Notes: generated from the sequence alone by a model not told the origin. A DNA stretch of 64,000 bases from Octopus vulgaris (GCA_951406725.2 OX597826.1:9796001-9860000); one strand, 5' to 3'. Shown: positions 25,301 to 40,466, counted from the stretch's first letter. A program made the numbers and translations.

Positions 25301-28300
25301 TAGGTGCTCCCTTAAATGATCTGTTATTTGCCAAAACCATTCTCTCCGAGCTGCAGAGTTGGCATTTCATGCAGTACATTATGTCTTTGTAGTTACAGGT
25401 GAAACAGCATTATGGAAGAAAGAGTTACCTTTAAATCGTGTAATGGTATTCTGGATGAAGGGTGGTGAGCTGGCAGAAATGTTAGCACGCCGGGCGAAAT
25501 ACGTAGCTGTATTTCGTCTGCCATTACATTCTGAGTTCAAATTCCGCCAAGGTTGACTTTACCTTTCATCCTTTCAGGGGTCGATAAATTAAGTACCAGT
25601 TACGCACTAGGGTTGATATAATTGACTTAATCTGTCTGTCTGTCCTTGTTTGTCTCCTCTGTGTTTAGTCCCTTGTGGGTAGTAAAGAAATAGGTATTCT
25701 GGATGAAGGGACAGGCATTGCAACTGCTGCAGGCAAAGGATTCTGGTTAAGTTTGGCAAAAACTGAAGGAACTATGGACTAGAAGGTCATGCAGATAGTA
25801 GTAGTCACATCTGATGAAAGGGAGAAATACTCAGGAAGATGTGAGAAGAGACAGAAATTCTACAAGATTCTGTGCTGGGGAGTTCAGGTGTTAGATAATA
25901 GACAAAGGGAAAGAGAATGCAGCTAGTAACCTGGATGTTATCAAAGAAGCTTGAGAGGAGGTTGGATGGAACTTACACTCACCTCCTTATGAGAGCTCAA
26001 AATCTCTCGTGGAAGCGTCATCCAACCAAAGTACAAATATATGGGAAACTACCACCTGTGTCATCTCTTGTGAAAGGTAGAAGAGTCCAGTTTGCTGGAC
26101 ATTGTTGTAGAGCTGAAAACGAGGTAATTTCTATTCTTCTCCTCTGGAAGCCATCTGCTTGTGATACCAGAGGGCGCACACTCTCCTACCCTGATGTAAT
26201 CTCCAGGGATACAGGCATCCAGCGACAGGACCTCCGTAATGCCATGATGGACTGTGAAGTCTGGCGTAGCGTGGTAAATTCCATTGTCTTGACCATGGTC
26301 GAACGATGATGATGAGTGGTGAGTTGAATTTGAGGTAGGAGTACAATGAATAGTTCAAACATGATGGTGGTCAGTATCACAGTACACCATGTGATACAAG
26401 TGTTAATCAAAATTGGAATCCTGGCTAAAGAGGCAGCAGGAACATAGAAATTGCAAGAAGGGGATAGAAGATTTAGTGAGAGTAAGAGTTAATAGTCAAT
26501 GGTTTGTAAAGATGGAAGTGGAAAGGCTGGAATGATTGATAGAGACAGGGATGTGCAGAAAGTTAGGAGACGATGGTTGGAGTTGATAAAAGCAATGAAG
26601 ATGTAGAGCTGACCTCATTCTGCTGACCTCATTCTGCGGTCACTCTTTTGACTGGAAAACACCAATCTACTTCTGCCAAATGCATTTCTATTTTTCTGTT
26701 CATCAAAATGCTTTGCCTAGAAACAATACTGCTTTTCATGTTACATTTTTTTATCTATTTCCTATTTTTCATTCCCTTCAAAGGGTCACTGTCCAAAACT
26801 TTTGACATATTTTCCCCTGTTCTTTCCTCACTGTAAAATTATATATTTTCTACACTTGTTTGGTATTTTGTTAATTTTTAGTCTTTCTTGAGACTCTTTG
26901 TCTATTCCATTACTATGCTGATGCAGACCACCCAGATTACCACTACAAGTCTAATTTTGTTTGTTATTATCATGCTGTAGATTCTTGTAACAAGATTACA
27001 ACTTACATACCCCATAAATAAAACTGCATGTTCCCTGTTTGATCTTTTATCAATTTAGATTTAAAAATTCTCTCCCCTACCTTTCTTGACAAGAATTGTC
27101 ATTTATGCTACTGATTTCTCTTCTTATGTCAAGTGTAATTTCAAATGATTAAAATTGAAATAAGACTATTATGTTAATTATATGTGCAGAAGCAGCATCC
27201 CTAAACATTTAGTTAACTTACCCACACTCTCTCTTTCACACAGACAAATACTTACACATTCATTACAAGACTGACAACACCATTTAACGATAAAGCCAAG
27301 CCCTGTATTGTAAATCCTAAAATAAATGATATTTCAATGCCTGAGACTTAGAGAGTATGCTTTAGTTATTGTACTCTTAAATATTTCGGGTCAAACTACA
27401 GGGTGAGGATTTTGTAGCTACACTCTACATGGTGGCACATAAAAAGCATGTAAAAATCACCCACTACACTCATGAAGTGGTTGGTGTTAGGAAGGGCATC
27501 CAGCTGTAAAAACACTGCCAGATCAGACTGGAGCCTGGTGCAGCCTCCTGGCTTCCTAGACCCCGGTCAAACCATCCAACCCATGCTAGCATGGACAACG
27601 GACGTTAAACGATGATGATGATGATGATGACTCTATGGGAGGATGTATTTATTTTAGAACTACCAACAAAACACTCATTTTACAGTACTACTGCTTAGAG
27701 TAATAAGCTATATCTCTCCCCAGTGGTATTTTCTTACAGCTGAGTGGTCACAGACTGGGTGGAGTTAAATATTTTGACCATAAACAAAGTACACAGTTAG
27801 ATACTGGCAGAACACAAGGTATTAAACCGTTTGCCATCTGCATCTTTAAGGCCAACCAAAATGTCGTAAGTTATGACAACACATGTGCCAGTCGATCCAA
27901 TCAGTGGAACTGTCTGCTCATGAGATTAGCATGAAAGTGGCTGAGTGCTCCAGAAACATATATACCCTTAATGTAGTTCTCAGGGAGATACAGCATGACA
28001 TAAAATATGATGAGGCTGGCCCCTTTAAATTACAGGTATAACTTTTGCCAACTCAGTGGACTGGAACAACATGTAAAAAAGCGTTTTGCTCAATGACACA
28101 ATACACTGCCTGGAATTGAACTCATGACCTTATGATTGAGAGCCAAATACACTAACCACTACACCACCTAATTCTCACACTGTATCTGACAATAAATCCT
28201 GTCAGCTTAACCCTTTAGTATTCAGATTATTAACTTAAATTTAATGCTTATTTATCCACATTATTCTAAATTAATCATGCATTATCTAATAGCATTGAGA

Positions 28301-30107
28301 TTTTGATGATAAGGTAGTTTATTTCCAGAATGACATTGTAGGATAATTATGAGAGGTCAGAGCTGGCCAATTTTAACATAAATTGAACAGAATATTTGGG
28401 CCAGATACAAACCTGCTTAAATGGTAAAAGGTTGATTAAAACAAATTTGAAAGTTCTTTGTCCATTTTCATAAAACGTAGAAAAGGCTTTTGTTCTTTTG
28501 TCCCTTTTTTTTTTCTTCCACTTTATGACTCTTTCCTCTTGTAATTCCATATTTCCAATTGTTATTTTTTTTTAAGTTGACACCTAGTATGTACCACCTT
28601 TTTTTTGGTTTGCATAACAATCTGGATATTCCACCTCTGCCCTTCTTTCCACAGGTTTTTGTCTCATAGCGCTGGATAAATCTTGTAGGTTTTTCTTTTG
28701 GTTTTTTTTTACATCCACTTTTTCAAATTCTAATCTTAATTTTTTTTTTTTTATCTTTATTGTGATTACTTAGTTTACTTATTTTGTTTTTAGTGATATC
28801 ATTTATTAAATTACATGCTGTATCAAAAGCTTGGCATATTTGATTTTATAGTTAAGCAAAATAGTCTGCTCTACTAGTTTAATATAGCAAATCTGATTGC
28901 ATTTGAATCTTGAATGAAAATTTACTAAAGGTTTTATCTATTTTGCATTTTTTAAAAAACTATTTATCATAATCATTATCAATATCATCATAATCATCAT
29001 CATTATTATTATTATTGATATTATTATTATTATTATTATTACATTGGAACTTTTTTTTTTCTTGTATTTAACTTTAAATTCTATATTCTAATTTGGAAAT
29101 GTTTGGTTAATTGCTTTTCAATTTGGAACGGTTATACATTATGTAAATATTTATTTAGTAAAAAAAAACCATTCATACTTTAAATATCATTATTGGTTAT
29201 TACCAAGTTAACATGAGAATGTCTTCTTTTTATCATTTAATTCACAAAGAAAGGGGATATTTTATAACTTTAATATAAAACATGTTAAACAGGTATAAAA
29301 CATGTCTTTTAATTACATTAAACTCTTATCCTTCCATCCAGAAACTATATATAACTTTGTAGGATAATTGTCTCTTTCTCTTAAAATTGTGAAATTATGA
29401 TTGCTTTTAGAATATTTACAGAATCACAGTTTGCTATTTGCTGCTTTCTTACTTTTGAGAAAAACAGAGTATAAATGGAAATGTACTTGCATAGCAAGTG
29501 ACCTGATCTGAGATTGTGTGCTGGAACGAAAACAATTGCAGCGTGGAAGGTGTTTATAAGCCATTTAAGAAACACACAAAGACCGTTAGATTCACTTCAA
29601 CATTTAAATTTAATTTGTCAAAATATTTTCGTCGCTTTGAGACTGCGACCTGTTCACTGACAAAACTCCATGCTGCATCACATAAATGGATGAAACAGCA
29701 AGCCACTAAATATCTCTATTTTCTGTTGAATGTCCACTAAGAGAAGTGCAATGAAGAACTATGAAGTCCATAGCTTTTCACCTCAAAAGCATTATTATAT
29801 GACTGGAGGTGAAATAGTTACCACTTCAGTTCAAAACGCAATCAAGGGTTCACCTCTTTACATGGTGCTTATTTCCACTTTACAACACTTCATGTGCACA
29901 CATATGGTGGAGCTCGTTTTCAGTCTTTTGACCTGCTAGAAATAGCAGCTAAATATTGTTTAAATTACACCCTGCCACCTTAAGTAGTTTAGGGTATGCT
30001 TAAAAAACAGGGTGGCCATAGTTGGAACACCTTTGACTATAGATCTGCTCATTCAGTGCGGGCCTGGGTCTAAACAAATACACATACAACTTAGATTTAC
30101 TTTGCTT

Positions 30108-30147
<40 letters not shown>

Positions 30148-33100
30148 CATCAATCTCTCATATTTCTCTTCTATCTTTTGTTTCGGTCAGTAGACTGTGG
30201 CCATGCTGGGGCACTGCCTTGAAGAATCAACCTCCAGTACTTTTGGGGTGGAAGGAGGTATTTTTAAGCCTGATGTCACACAGTGGTGGGACTGAACCCA
30301 GAAGCATGTGATTGGAACACATACTTCTTACCACACAGCCATGCCTGCGCCCATGTATTTCTGCTCCTTATGTATTTTTCCCTCATACTTACAACTATAG
30401 TGGAATTAAGGTGACATACTTGTAAGTTGTGTGTGTGTGTGTGTGTTTGCAAATGGTGAATATCTTGGCCAGTTATTCTGAATGCGGATAAACCTGTCTC
30501 TTCCATCCTGGAGGATTATTTGATGCATTATGGTGGAAAGCGTATCAAGTGAAAGTATTACTAATTAAATGTTGGGTTTATTGTTGCCCCTTTGAAATGT
30601 GTGGTTATTATCTTCTACATTAGTCTGTGGCCCAGTTTACTGAATGAGGTTGTAGGATAAGGGATCACTGGGGGGGGGGGGGGAGAATGGTAGAATAAGG
30701 TTGTTGCTGTTTAATCCTGGATCAACTGTGATTGAGCAGACTAATGGTCAAAATATTGAGCATCTGATCTTTTACTTATACCAGTGACTATATTGTTGAA
30801 CATGTCCATTATTTTCATTCGACGGATATTTGTCCTCATCTTGTTTGTTGTTAACACATTTCGGTTGATATACCCTCCAGTCTTCATCAGGTGTCTTGGG
30901 AAAATTTCGAACCTGGGTTCTCGTTCCTAGGGTATTTTTCAAAGAGAGCCCAGGTTCGAAATTTCCCCAAGACACCTGATGAAGGCTGGAGGGTATGTCA
31001 GCTGAAGCATTGCGTGAACAACAAACAAGATGAGGACAAATGTCCATCAAATGTAAATAATGGACAAAATTCCTCATCTCTTAAATATAGAACTCTATGT
31101 CCATTCTTCGTTGAAGACAATTGGATATGTTTTTTTTTTCCTTATAAACTAATGATGTGGTATTAGCATATTTTGTGTGTTATTTTATTAGTTATCTTCC
31201 TGTAACCTGAGGATATCCCTCAATACAGCTTTATCTCTTTATCACCATCTCTCTTTCCCAATTATATCTCTCTCCTACAACAGGTCACTTGTTTCTGTCT
31301 TTTTCTATCATGTTTTAACTTTCCCATTACTTAATATAATGCCGCTTTCTTCACTTGGTTGAGGAGTCTTGTCTTGTGAATTTCTTGGTGACCTAACTGG
31401 TGCTGGTGCTACATAAAAAAAAAAGCGCCCAGTATTCTCTCTATAAAGTGGTTGGTGTTTGGAAGAACATCCAACCATAGATACCATGCCAAATAAAACA
31501 TTGGAACTTCATGTTCCCTTTTGGTTCACCAGCTCCTGTTGAACTATTCAACCCATGCCATTTTTGGAAAATGGACATTAAATGGTTATGATGTATATAT
31601 TCATTCCAAAAATGACATATTCGTTAACACTTTAGCAATCAAATTACACTATCAACTGTAATACTTATTTATTAACATTATTTTGAATTAGTCATGCATT
31701 GTCTCATAGTGTTGAGGTTTCAATGATGAAATTGTACATTTTTTAGAATGACATTATAGGGTAGGTGTGAGAGGCCAGACATGGCCAGTTTAATGCTAAA
31801 GAATTAAACTTGCCTCTTCTGTCTTGTTGGATGCTGTTTCACTATAAGACTTTATACAATTTTCCATAAAATGTTGTTTGTATGGATGAGAGTAAATGAA
31901 TTTATTTTTAATAAAATAATAGCAAAATAAGTTAATTATCAAACAAATTTCCCTTTATCCTATTTACATCCTCAATTCTTTAATGTATATTATATAAATA
32001 ATCCTTCGTCTCAGAAATAGGTTAATATTATTATAAAGAACACCATCATCCAAATCTCCTAAAGTCTATCGTAAACTAAAAATCTGAGGTTTGTTTCTCT
32101 TTAAATACTACAGTCGTTGGGGTGGTGATGGTGGGAGTGGGGTATTGTTGGTTTTAGTTTTATGGTTTCATTTACCGTTTTTATTTTTTATTACTTTTCA
32201 TCTAATTAAGTTGTGTATGCCTGAGAGAGAGAGAAAAAAAGGAGACGTACACGTGTGTGTATATGTATGTATCTGTGTATAGATATATACACACACATAT
32301 GTGCATGTATATATGTGTGTGTATATGTATGTATGTATGCGTACACTCACACAAGCTCTTTCTTTTCTTAAGGAAAATATACAGATAGATATTAGACATT
32401 ATTAGAAGCTCTAATTTCAGACCAAAAAAAAAAAAATAGAGAAACCAATACTGTGAAAGAAATTAATCATAGCCTCCATGTAATTTTATTCTTTTAGCAA
32501 CTGTCGTCGTCATCATCTTCATTATCATCATCACCATCATCAACATATAAGGTTGCATTAAGTGACTGACGGCTTTCTTATCTATTTAGAATCCGATGTT
32601 TAGTGTTATGAGAGAAGAAATGTCATGAGAATTCTACCTGTAGACACTGTGGCAATTTCATTTAAACAAACATGTGATCTCTAAAGAACTGCATAGAATT
32701 CAGAGATTAAAAACCAGCCAGTATTTGACAATTCACCAAACGTTCACATATGTATTTGCAGACAGTTAAATAAACTCTCAAATACAGATATATTAAAATT
32801 CATATGCACAGGTACCGTATGCATTCACTTCTATAATTGTGAGCCAAACAAGGAAGCCTCTACGTTGAATCTGCTGCAAATAGCAGTTAAACCTTCCTCA
32901 GATGACATCTTCTCGTCTATAAAAAGAACACATTAGATAGATGATGCAATCCCAAAAATGGCAAGATAATTTTAGCTGGATTAGCTTCTCGACCAGTTTA
33001 ACCTGAGGCTGACTAAACAACTACTTCTGTAACCCTTTCATAGCCATATTTCTAATGAAATATATCTTTTGCGCTTTTTTTTTTTTTGAGCTAATTCTGA

Positions 33101-36100
33101 AAATAATCAAGAATTAGGACAATTTAGTTAAAAAAAACTTCCTCATTTTTCAACTGTTTTTTCAAAGGTTTTAATATAAAATTATGAACGAATACATTAA
33201 CTTAAAATTCAGAGTCTTTATAGTAAACAGTTTGGTGTTGTGGAACTACACACACCCTCAGGGGTGAAATGATCACACCTGAAATGTCTCTGAGCATATC
33301 AGCTTAATCAGGGCTCATCTGATGTCAAATCTTACCCTTCTGTAATTCCTCACCACCATTACTTCTCTCTAAATATAAATCTCATTTTTTTTATGCTTCT
33401 TACCCCTACATTTTTCTAAATATATTTGCCTTTCTGTACCTCCTTCCCGCTTATGAACTTAATTGCTGCTTTTCCAGAACTCACTTTCTAACGACCACCA
33501 TAATCAAAGGTATTCCAACCATGACCTTCCTGTCTTTTCAGACATAAGTACAGGTGTGGCTGTGTGAACCACATGGTTCCAGGTTCAGTCACACTGCGTA
33601 GCAACTTGGTCAAGTGTCTTCTGCTATAGCCTTGGGCCGACCAAAGCCTTGTGAGTAGATTTGGTAGATGGAAACTGAAAGAAGCCTGTCGTATGTGTGT
33701 GTGTGTTTGTGTTTATACCCAACTACCACTTGACAGCCAGTGTTGGTGTGTTTACTTCCCTGTAACTTAGCGGTTCAGCAAAAGAGACCAATTGAATAAA
33801 TATCAGGCTTAAAAATAAACTGTTGGGAGTTGATTCATTCAACTAAAAATTCTTCACGGTAGTGCTCCAGCATGGCCATGGTCTAATGAGTGGAACAAGT
33901 AAAAGATAAGAGATAAGTGTTGTGATCTGTAATGAGCCCCAAGACTTGCAAAGCCAGAGCTTAGCCTCTTTTCTTTGGCTACAACACATCCCACTGGACA
34001 GGATGCCAGTCCATTGCAGGATTAACTTCCCAGGTATTGCTGGAACTCATTTACTGGAGCATCGTGAAATGAAGTATTTTGCTCAACAACACAACACACT
34101 GCCCAATACAGGAATTGAAACCACGATCTTACAATCATGATTGCAGCACCTTATTCACTAGGCCATGCACCTTCACAAACATAAGTGTATCCAGGGTCAC
34201 ATTAGTCAATGTAGCTTCCTTTTTCTTTAACCCTTTAGCATTTAAACCAATCACATCTGACCCAAATATTCTATTTTTTACATTCAAACTGGCCATATCT
34301 AGCCTCTCACACCTCACCTGTAAAATAAACAATCACAGCATGCAAGCCTCAAAAAGCTATAAGATACTGCATGGTTAATTCAAAACAATTTCAATAAAAA
34401 TTGCTTTAGATTTAACAGAGTAATCTGAACTCTAAAAGGCTAAGAAGGTAGGGCGAAAATTCTTTGTTATTTCTAGCAGATTAAGTGATCTCATCCAATC
34501 GCCTTTTGTTGGTTTACTGATGGTTATTGTTAGGTTTGAAACACTTCTAACAGCATAATATTATTTATATTCTATGTTCTTCTGTTTCATTGAAATATAT
34601 TCCAATTTTTATTTATTCTGTGTTAAATCATTTTCATTATCCTTATTTTTTTTTCTGTCATGACACCCAGTATACTCTATTGAGGGGTTGGCATTAGGAA
34701 GGGCATCCAGCTATAGAAACCAAGCCAAAACAGACTAGAGCCCAGTGTAGCTCTCTGACTTACCAGTTTCGGTCAAACTACTCTTGCCCATGTCAGCATG
34801 GAAAATGGACACTAAATGATGGTGATTGCAGGAATTGTTAGAATCAGACAAATACCTTATGGTAATTGGTCTAGCTCCTTACATCCCGAGTTCAAATCCC
34901 TCTGAGATCATCTCTGTCTTTCATCCTTCTCTGTGTGTGATGGGGGTGGGTGGAATAAAATATTGTACCAGTCAAATACTGGGGTTGATGATACTAACCA
35001 CCCTCCCTTCATAAAATTCCTGGCCTCATGCCAAAATTAGAAACAGATATTATTATTATTATTATTATGGCAGCAAGCTGGCAGAATCATTAGTATACTA
35101 GACGAAATGCTGTGGTATTTTGTCACTCTCTACATTCTGAGTTCAAATTCTCCCAAGGTCATCTTTGCCTTTTATCCTTTCAGGGTCAATAAACTAAGTG
35201 CTAATTGAATGCTTGGGCCTCTGTAATTGACTATCCCCACCTCCCTCAATTTTTCAAGCCATGTGTCTATAAATAAGTAGAAAGAACTATTATTGTTGTT
35301 GTTCTTATTATTACTATTATTATTATGAAAGCATTGTTTCTTAGGCGTTTTTTTGTTTGTTTTTTTTATAGATTATCCGTCTCTAATACCCCGTTAGAAT
35401 ACCGACATGTTTGTAGCTAAACATTTCTTTACTTTTCTTCTGTTTATTTTGTTTTTGTTGTTGTTCTTTCATTGTTGTTATTGTGTGTTAGAAGTACAGT
35501 GGTTGTAAGAGTTAAGAGACTGGATTTACTGACCATGTGGCCATAAGTAAAACCCTATGACTATTGTCTTGGAACATAGCCCCTGGCTACATTGGACAAG
35601 CGCACATCATTGCTCAACCTGCTAAATAACAGTAAAATCACCGACAATTACATATAGTAGTCCTTGGTTTTAAAAATGTTGAGCTGGTCATATCTTGAAT
35701 GACTTGGTGTCAAACAATAACAACAAGAGCAGCAACAACACTTTTCCACTTTTACCTTACAGCTCGGTGATTAGTAATCCAATGAAACAATTGAAGAAGT
35801 GAAATTGAACCAGTGTATGTGTTTATTATTGGCATAATGACCCTCCCAAGATAGAACAAAATAAACATATCAAGCTGTGTGTAAAGAAAACTACTCTAAC
35901 AACATACAAAGGATAGGAATTTTTTCTTTTTAGCCCCATTCCACCCATACTGACATGGTAGGAGTGACATAGAAGAGGTTGGTATGAGGGGAGATAGTGA
36001 GAGGGAAGAGGAGTGGCAGAATTTGTTACAGGATCCAGGTCAGTTGAAATGGCAGGGAGTGGTGTAAAGGGCCAGGAGAGGTGGGAGACGGGAGAATGCC

Positions 36101-38843
36101 ATGTCAACATATTGCCTGAAGAACACATATTCATACACACACACACAAACGAACATTGTGCAGAAGAATGCAAAGAATGTAGAATACTAAAGATTTTAAT
36201 TGAAAATCAACATTGTTCTAGGATAGTACTATAGATGTTATCTTATAAATATGCATCATCACTGCAACAAATAGATTATAAAAAGATATTGTTTACGATT
36301 TGCCTTTTTTTTTTTTTTTTTTTTGGCCTGCATGATCGTTTTTTTATGCTTCTTATCCTCCCTCCTCACTGCTGGCATGTTTATGTAATCTTAAAGTCTG
36401 ATTGTAGTTGCCGAGATATGGTTGGCTTCAGTCTAATGTCCAGTAAAGTGTTGTTACTTTGTAGAATCCAGCATTAGATTGTTGTCATGTGAATTTGTAC
36501 ATATCTGTGTTTAACCCTTTCGTTACTGTATTTATTTTGAGATACTCTGTGTTTCTTTCAATTATTTTAAATATAACAAAGAATTTAGTAAAATAACTTA
36601 GTTATCATTAAACAAGTGTTAGAAACATAAATTGCGACTAAGGTTTGGTGGTATATATTTTAATGCAAAACTTATGAAAACAAGATATTTGTACTACAGA
36701 GCCAGAGCCGGTTTTGGCCGGGTTGGTAACGAAAGGGTTAAGGGCCCACGAAACCTCTTTCCTCTACCCATTCAATATCTCTATGAACCTTTAAAGTACT
36801 GTTATCTTACAGAATTCAATATTCATGTCATGTAAACTTTTGTGTTTATGTTTAAGGGTCAACAAGTTCTCTTTCCTTTATCCCCACAGTAATCCAGTTA
36901 AATATTGTCCCCACAGTACTCCAGTTAAATGTTGTCCCTACAGTAACCCAGTTAAATGTTGTTACCTTAAAGAATATAATATTTTTGTGTTATGTGAACT
37001 TATGTTTGTGTTTAAGAAGCAATGAAACTTTTTTGATATCCATCACTCTACATTCTCATTGTATTCTAGTAATATTGTTGTTATTGAACACTGATCAGTA
37101 TTAGACCCATTCTAGCATGCACACACACACACACACACATACACACACACACACACATGTTAGAGACATGCAAAAGGCACCCAATGCACTCTGTAAAGTG
37201 GTTGGCATTAAGAAAGCCATAGAAACCGAGCCAAAACAGAAGACTGGAATCTGGTGCAACTCTCTGGCTTACCAGTCCTAGTAAAACCATTTAACCCATG
37301 CTAGTATGGAAAATGGATGTATGACGATGGCAGCGGCGGCAATAATGCTGACACATATCGTATATGTACACACAAGCACACAACAAATTGTTACCGTATA
37401 AATTACAAAAGAGTGAAATAAATTTTACGAATTGAGAAAGAAGAGATGTCTCAGTGTTTCGAGCAGTTTTCCTTCTTCGGGAAAGAGAGAGAGAGAGAGA
37501 ATGTATGAGTGGTTGGAAAGATACAAGGAGCGGAGAACAGGTGAGAAATGGTGTCAACAGCCTGGAAGCTGTAAATAGGGAAGGAAATACAGTATGAGGA
37601 ATGAGTTAGTAGGGTGTATGAGAAGATCATGGTTCGTAGAAATGGTAGGGAGGTGGTGAGGGTCCTGGGAGGAAAAAGGAGATGATAGTCACAGATTATT
37701 ATACATTTCTGCCAATCCCTACTGGGGTTATTTTGTTGTTATAATTCTTACCAGTCCTTACGTTTTTTACATTCTTTAGTCTGACCCCGCCTTCCTTGAC
37801 TCTTTACAACTCTGCTAAGCTCCCGATCTTATCTGCATTCTTCTGCACAATGTATGTTCATGTGTGTGAATAGGTATCCTTCAGGTTATATGTTATCTTG
37901 GTATTCTCCAGCCTCTCCTGGCCCTTTTCCACCACTCCCTGCCATTTCAACTGACCTAGATCCTGTAACAAACTCTGCCACTCCTCTTCCCTCTCACCAT
38001 CTCTCCTCATACCAAGCTCTCCATGTCACCCCTACTTTATTTATTTCTTCATTATCCGTTTTAAACCTAACCAGCAATACTTCAAAAAAGAGAACAAGAG
38101 CTTGTGCTCAAAATGTTAGACCTCTCCCTCACTACATAAAAGTTAATCCATTGTATTTATTATTGTTATTATTATTATTAAGGCAATGAGCTGGTAAAAT
38201 TGTTAGCACACTGAACAAAATGCTTACTGGTATTTTGTCTGTCTTTGCTACTGAGGTTGACTTTGCCTTTTATCCTCTCAGGGTCAATAAAATAAATACC
38301 AGTAGAACATTGGGGTTGATGTAATCAACTTACCTCTCCCCTAAAATTGCTGGCCTTGTGCCAAAAATTTGAAACCATTATTATTAATATTAAGATGACG
38401 AGCTGGCAGAATCATTAGCATGCCAAGCAAAATGCTTAGCAGTATTTCTTCTGGGCTCAAATTCCGAGGTCGACTTTGCTTTCATCCTTTCGGGTCAGTA
38501 AATTAAGTACCAGTGAAACACTAGGGTTGATGTAATCAACTAGTCCCCGTCCCCCAAAATATCAGGCCTTGTGCTTTTAGTAGAAAGGATAATTATTATT
38601 ATTATATTATTATTATTATTATTATTATTAAGGTGGCAAGCTGGCAGAATCATTAGCACACTGGATGAAATGCTTAGCAGTAGTTTGCCCATCACGCTGT
38701 GCTGAGTTCAAATTCCCCCCGAGATCGACTCTACCTTTCATCCTTTCAGGGTTGATAAAATAAGTATCAACTGAACACTGGGATCAATGTAATCAACTCA
38801 TCCCCTCCCCCAAAATTGCTGCCCTTGTAGCAACCTTTGAAAC

Positions 38844-38895
<52 letters not shown>

Positions 38896-39018
38896 TAGTT
38901 TTATTTTTATAGCGTGCTTTCACTTCACTACTGAGTGCAGCTCTGTGTGCCTTGGGTATGTGTTGTGATTTATTGTGGTGCTCTGATGGTTACTGTATTG
39001 AAAATGTTCTGCGTAGGA

Positions 39019-39075
<57 letters not shown>

Positions 39076-40426
39076 GGTCCATTATAAAGTGGTTGGTGTT
39101 AGGAAGGGCATCCAACCTTGCCAAAGCAGACAGTAGAGCTTGGCGCAGTCTTCTGGTTTACTGGCTCTTGTCAAATTATCCAACTCATGCTTGCATAGAA
39201 GACAGACATTAAATGATGATAATGATGATGATAAGGTTATAAGATATCAGAATCGTTAAGCCTTGTAGCATTTCTTCCAGCTCTTTATATTCTGAGTTCA
39301 AATTCTGTCAAGACTGACTCAGCCTTTTATCCTTTTGAGTCAATAAACACCGAGACCTCCCCCTCCTTGCTAGCCTTATGTCTATAGCAAAAAGAATTAT
39401 TTGCTTTAGTTTTTGCTGATTGGAACATCACCAGCTTCCTCAGATTCTACTAATGTAGGATATAACATAATACATACCTACATGTGTTGTAGTTGAAATA
39501 TTAAGTTGCATATTTAAGCATATTATATTTGAACTAGCACTATGACCCGGCGTTGCCAGGTCATAGTGCTAGTGCATGCATATACAGCTGCGTGCGTGCG
39601 CACATACATGCGAGTACTGTCCAAATCTCTGACCAATCACATACAGCAAGCTGGCATTCAATTGGCATATCAAGTTTCGGGCATTTTAATTGGGTTTTGG
39701 ATAGAAAATTCACAAAAAAGTCACTTCTATTGATTTTTTAATGGCTTTGCGGGGTGACTGGGGAAATGTAAAGATGTGCACGACCACCCTTGGACGGTTT
39801 TGAATGACCATAGAAAGTGCGACACCTCTAACTGAAAAATTGTGGATTTGTATAAAGGACAAACACACACAGACAGACATTTTGTCATTCATATATATAG
39901 AGATACTCAACAACCACCAAAAGCTTTATCTTCGTGTAGTTTATCAAAAGGCAAACCAGCCTGTCCTCCACTGGATCCATTACTTTATCCAGAAATCATA
40001 GACAGAGTGAAATATTAACAACACAATCAGAAATTGAACCTCAAACTCAGTTTGCTGAGAGCTTGTTAACCACTCCACCATTCTCAGTCATATTAATTGA
40101 TATAGATATGAATTAATGTGTAATCAATATCTCATCTATTATGTTTGAGGCAAGAAGCTATTGTGTAGAACATGTAGTTTCTGCTAGTACTCTTTGTTAT
40201 GTGCTTTCACTAGAACTGTTTCATTCTGTGCTAGTTGATGTCGCCTTCATTATTATACTCTAGCAACATTAAGCAGCTGATATGCTTGTCCTTGTATATA
40301 ATCTGTCAACGTATTTTTTCCTTTCTGTAACAAGTATCGTTTGCAACATTGCTATTGTAGTGTGACATTCAAATGAAAATGTTCTTAATCATAAATGAGA
40401 GAATGTTAAGTTGTTGAATAGGTCTT

Positions 40427-40466
<40 letters not shown>

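Larger units (their letters stand above)
25260..26595 (-). mobile_element. Decayed Penelope-like element (RT C-terminus, linker, GIY-YIG), interrupted by a SINE-B and an RTE fragment
   Basis: Minus translations [53 protein letters not shown] and [17 protein letters not shown], with stops and frameshifts. Confidence 0.65.

Noticed and set aside
35763-35814. Possible cassette exon (ttacag..gtatgt) in the long intron
   Set aside because: 52 nt with an in-frame stop, weak donor context and no other support
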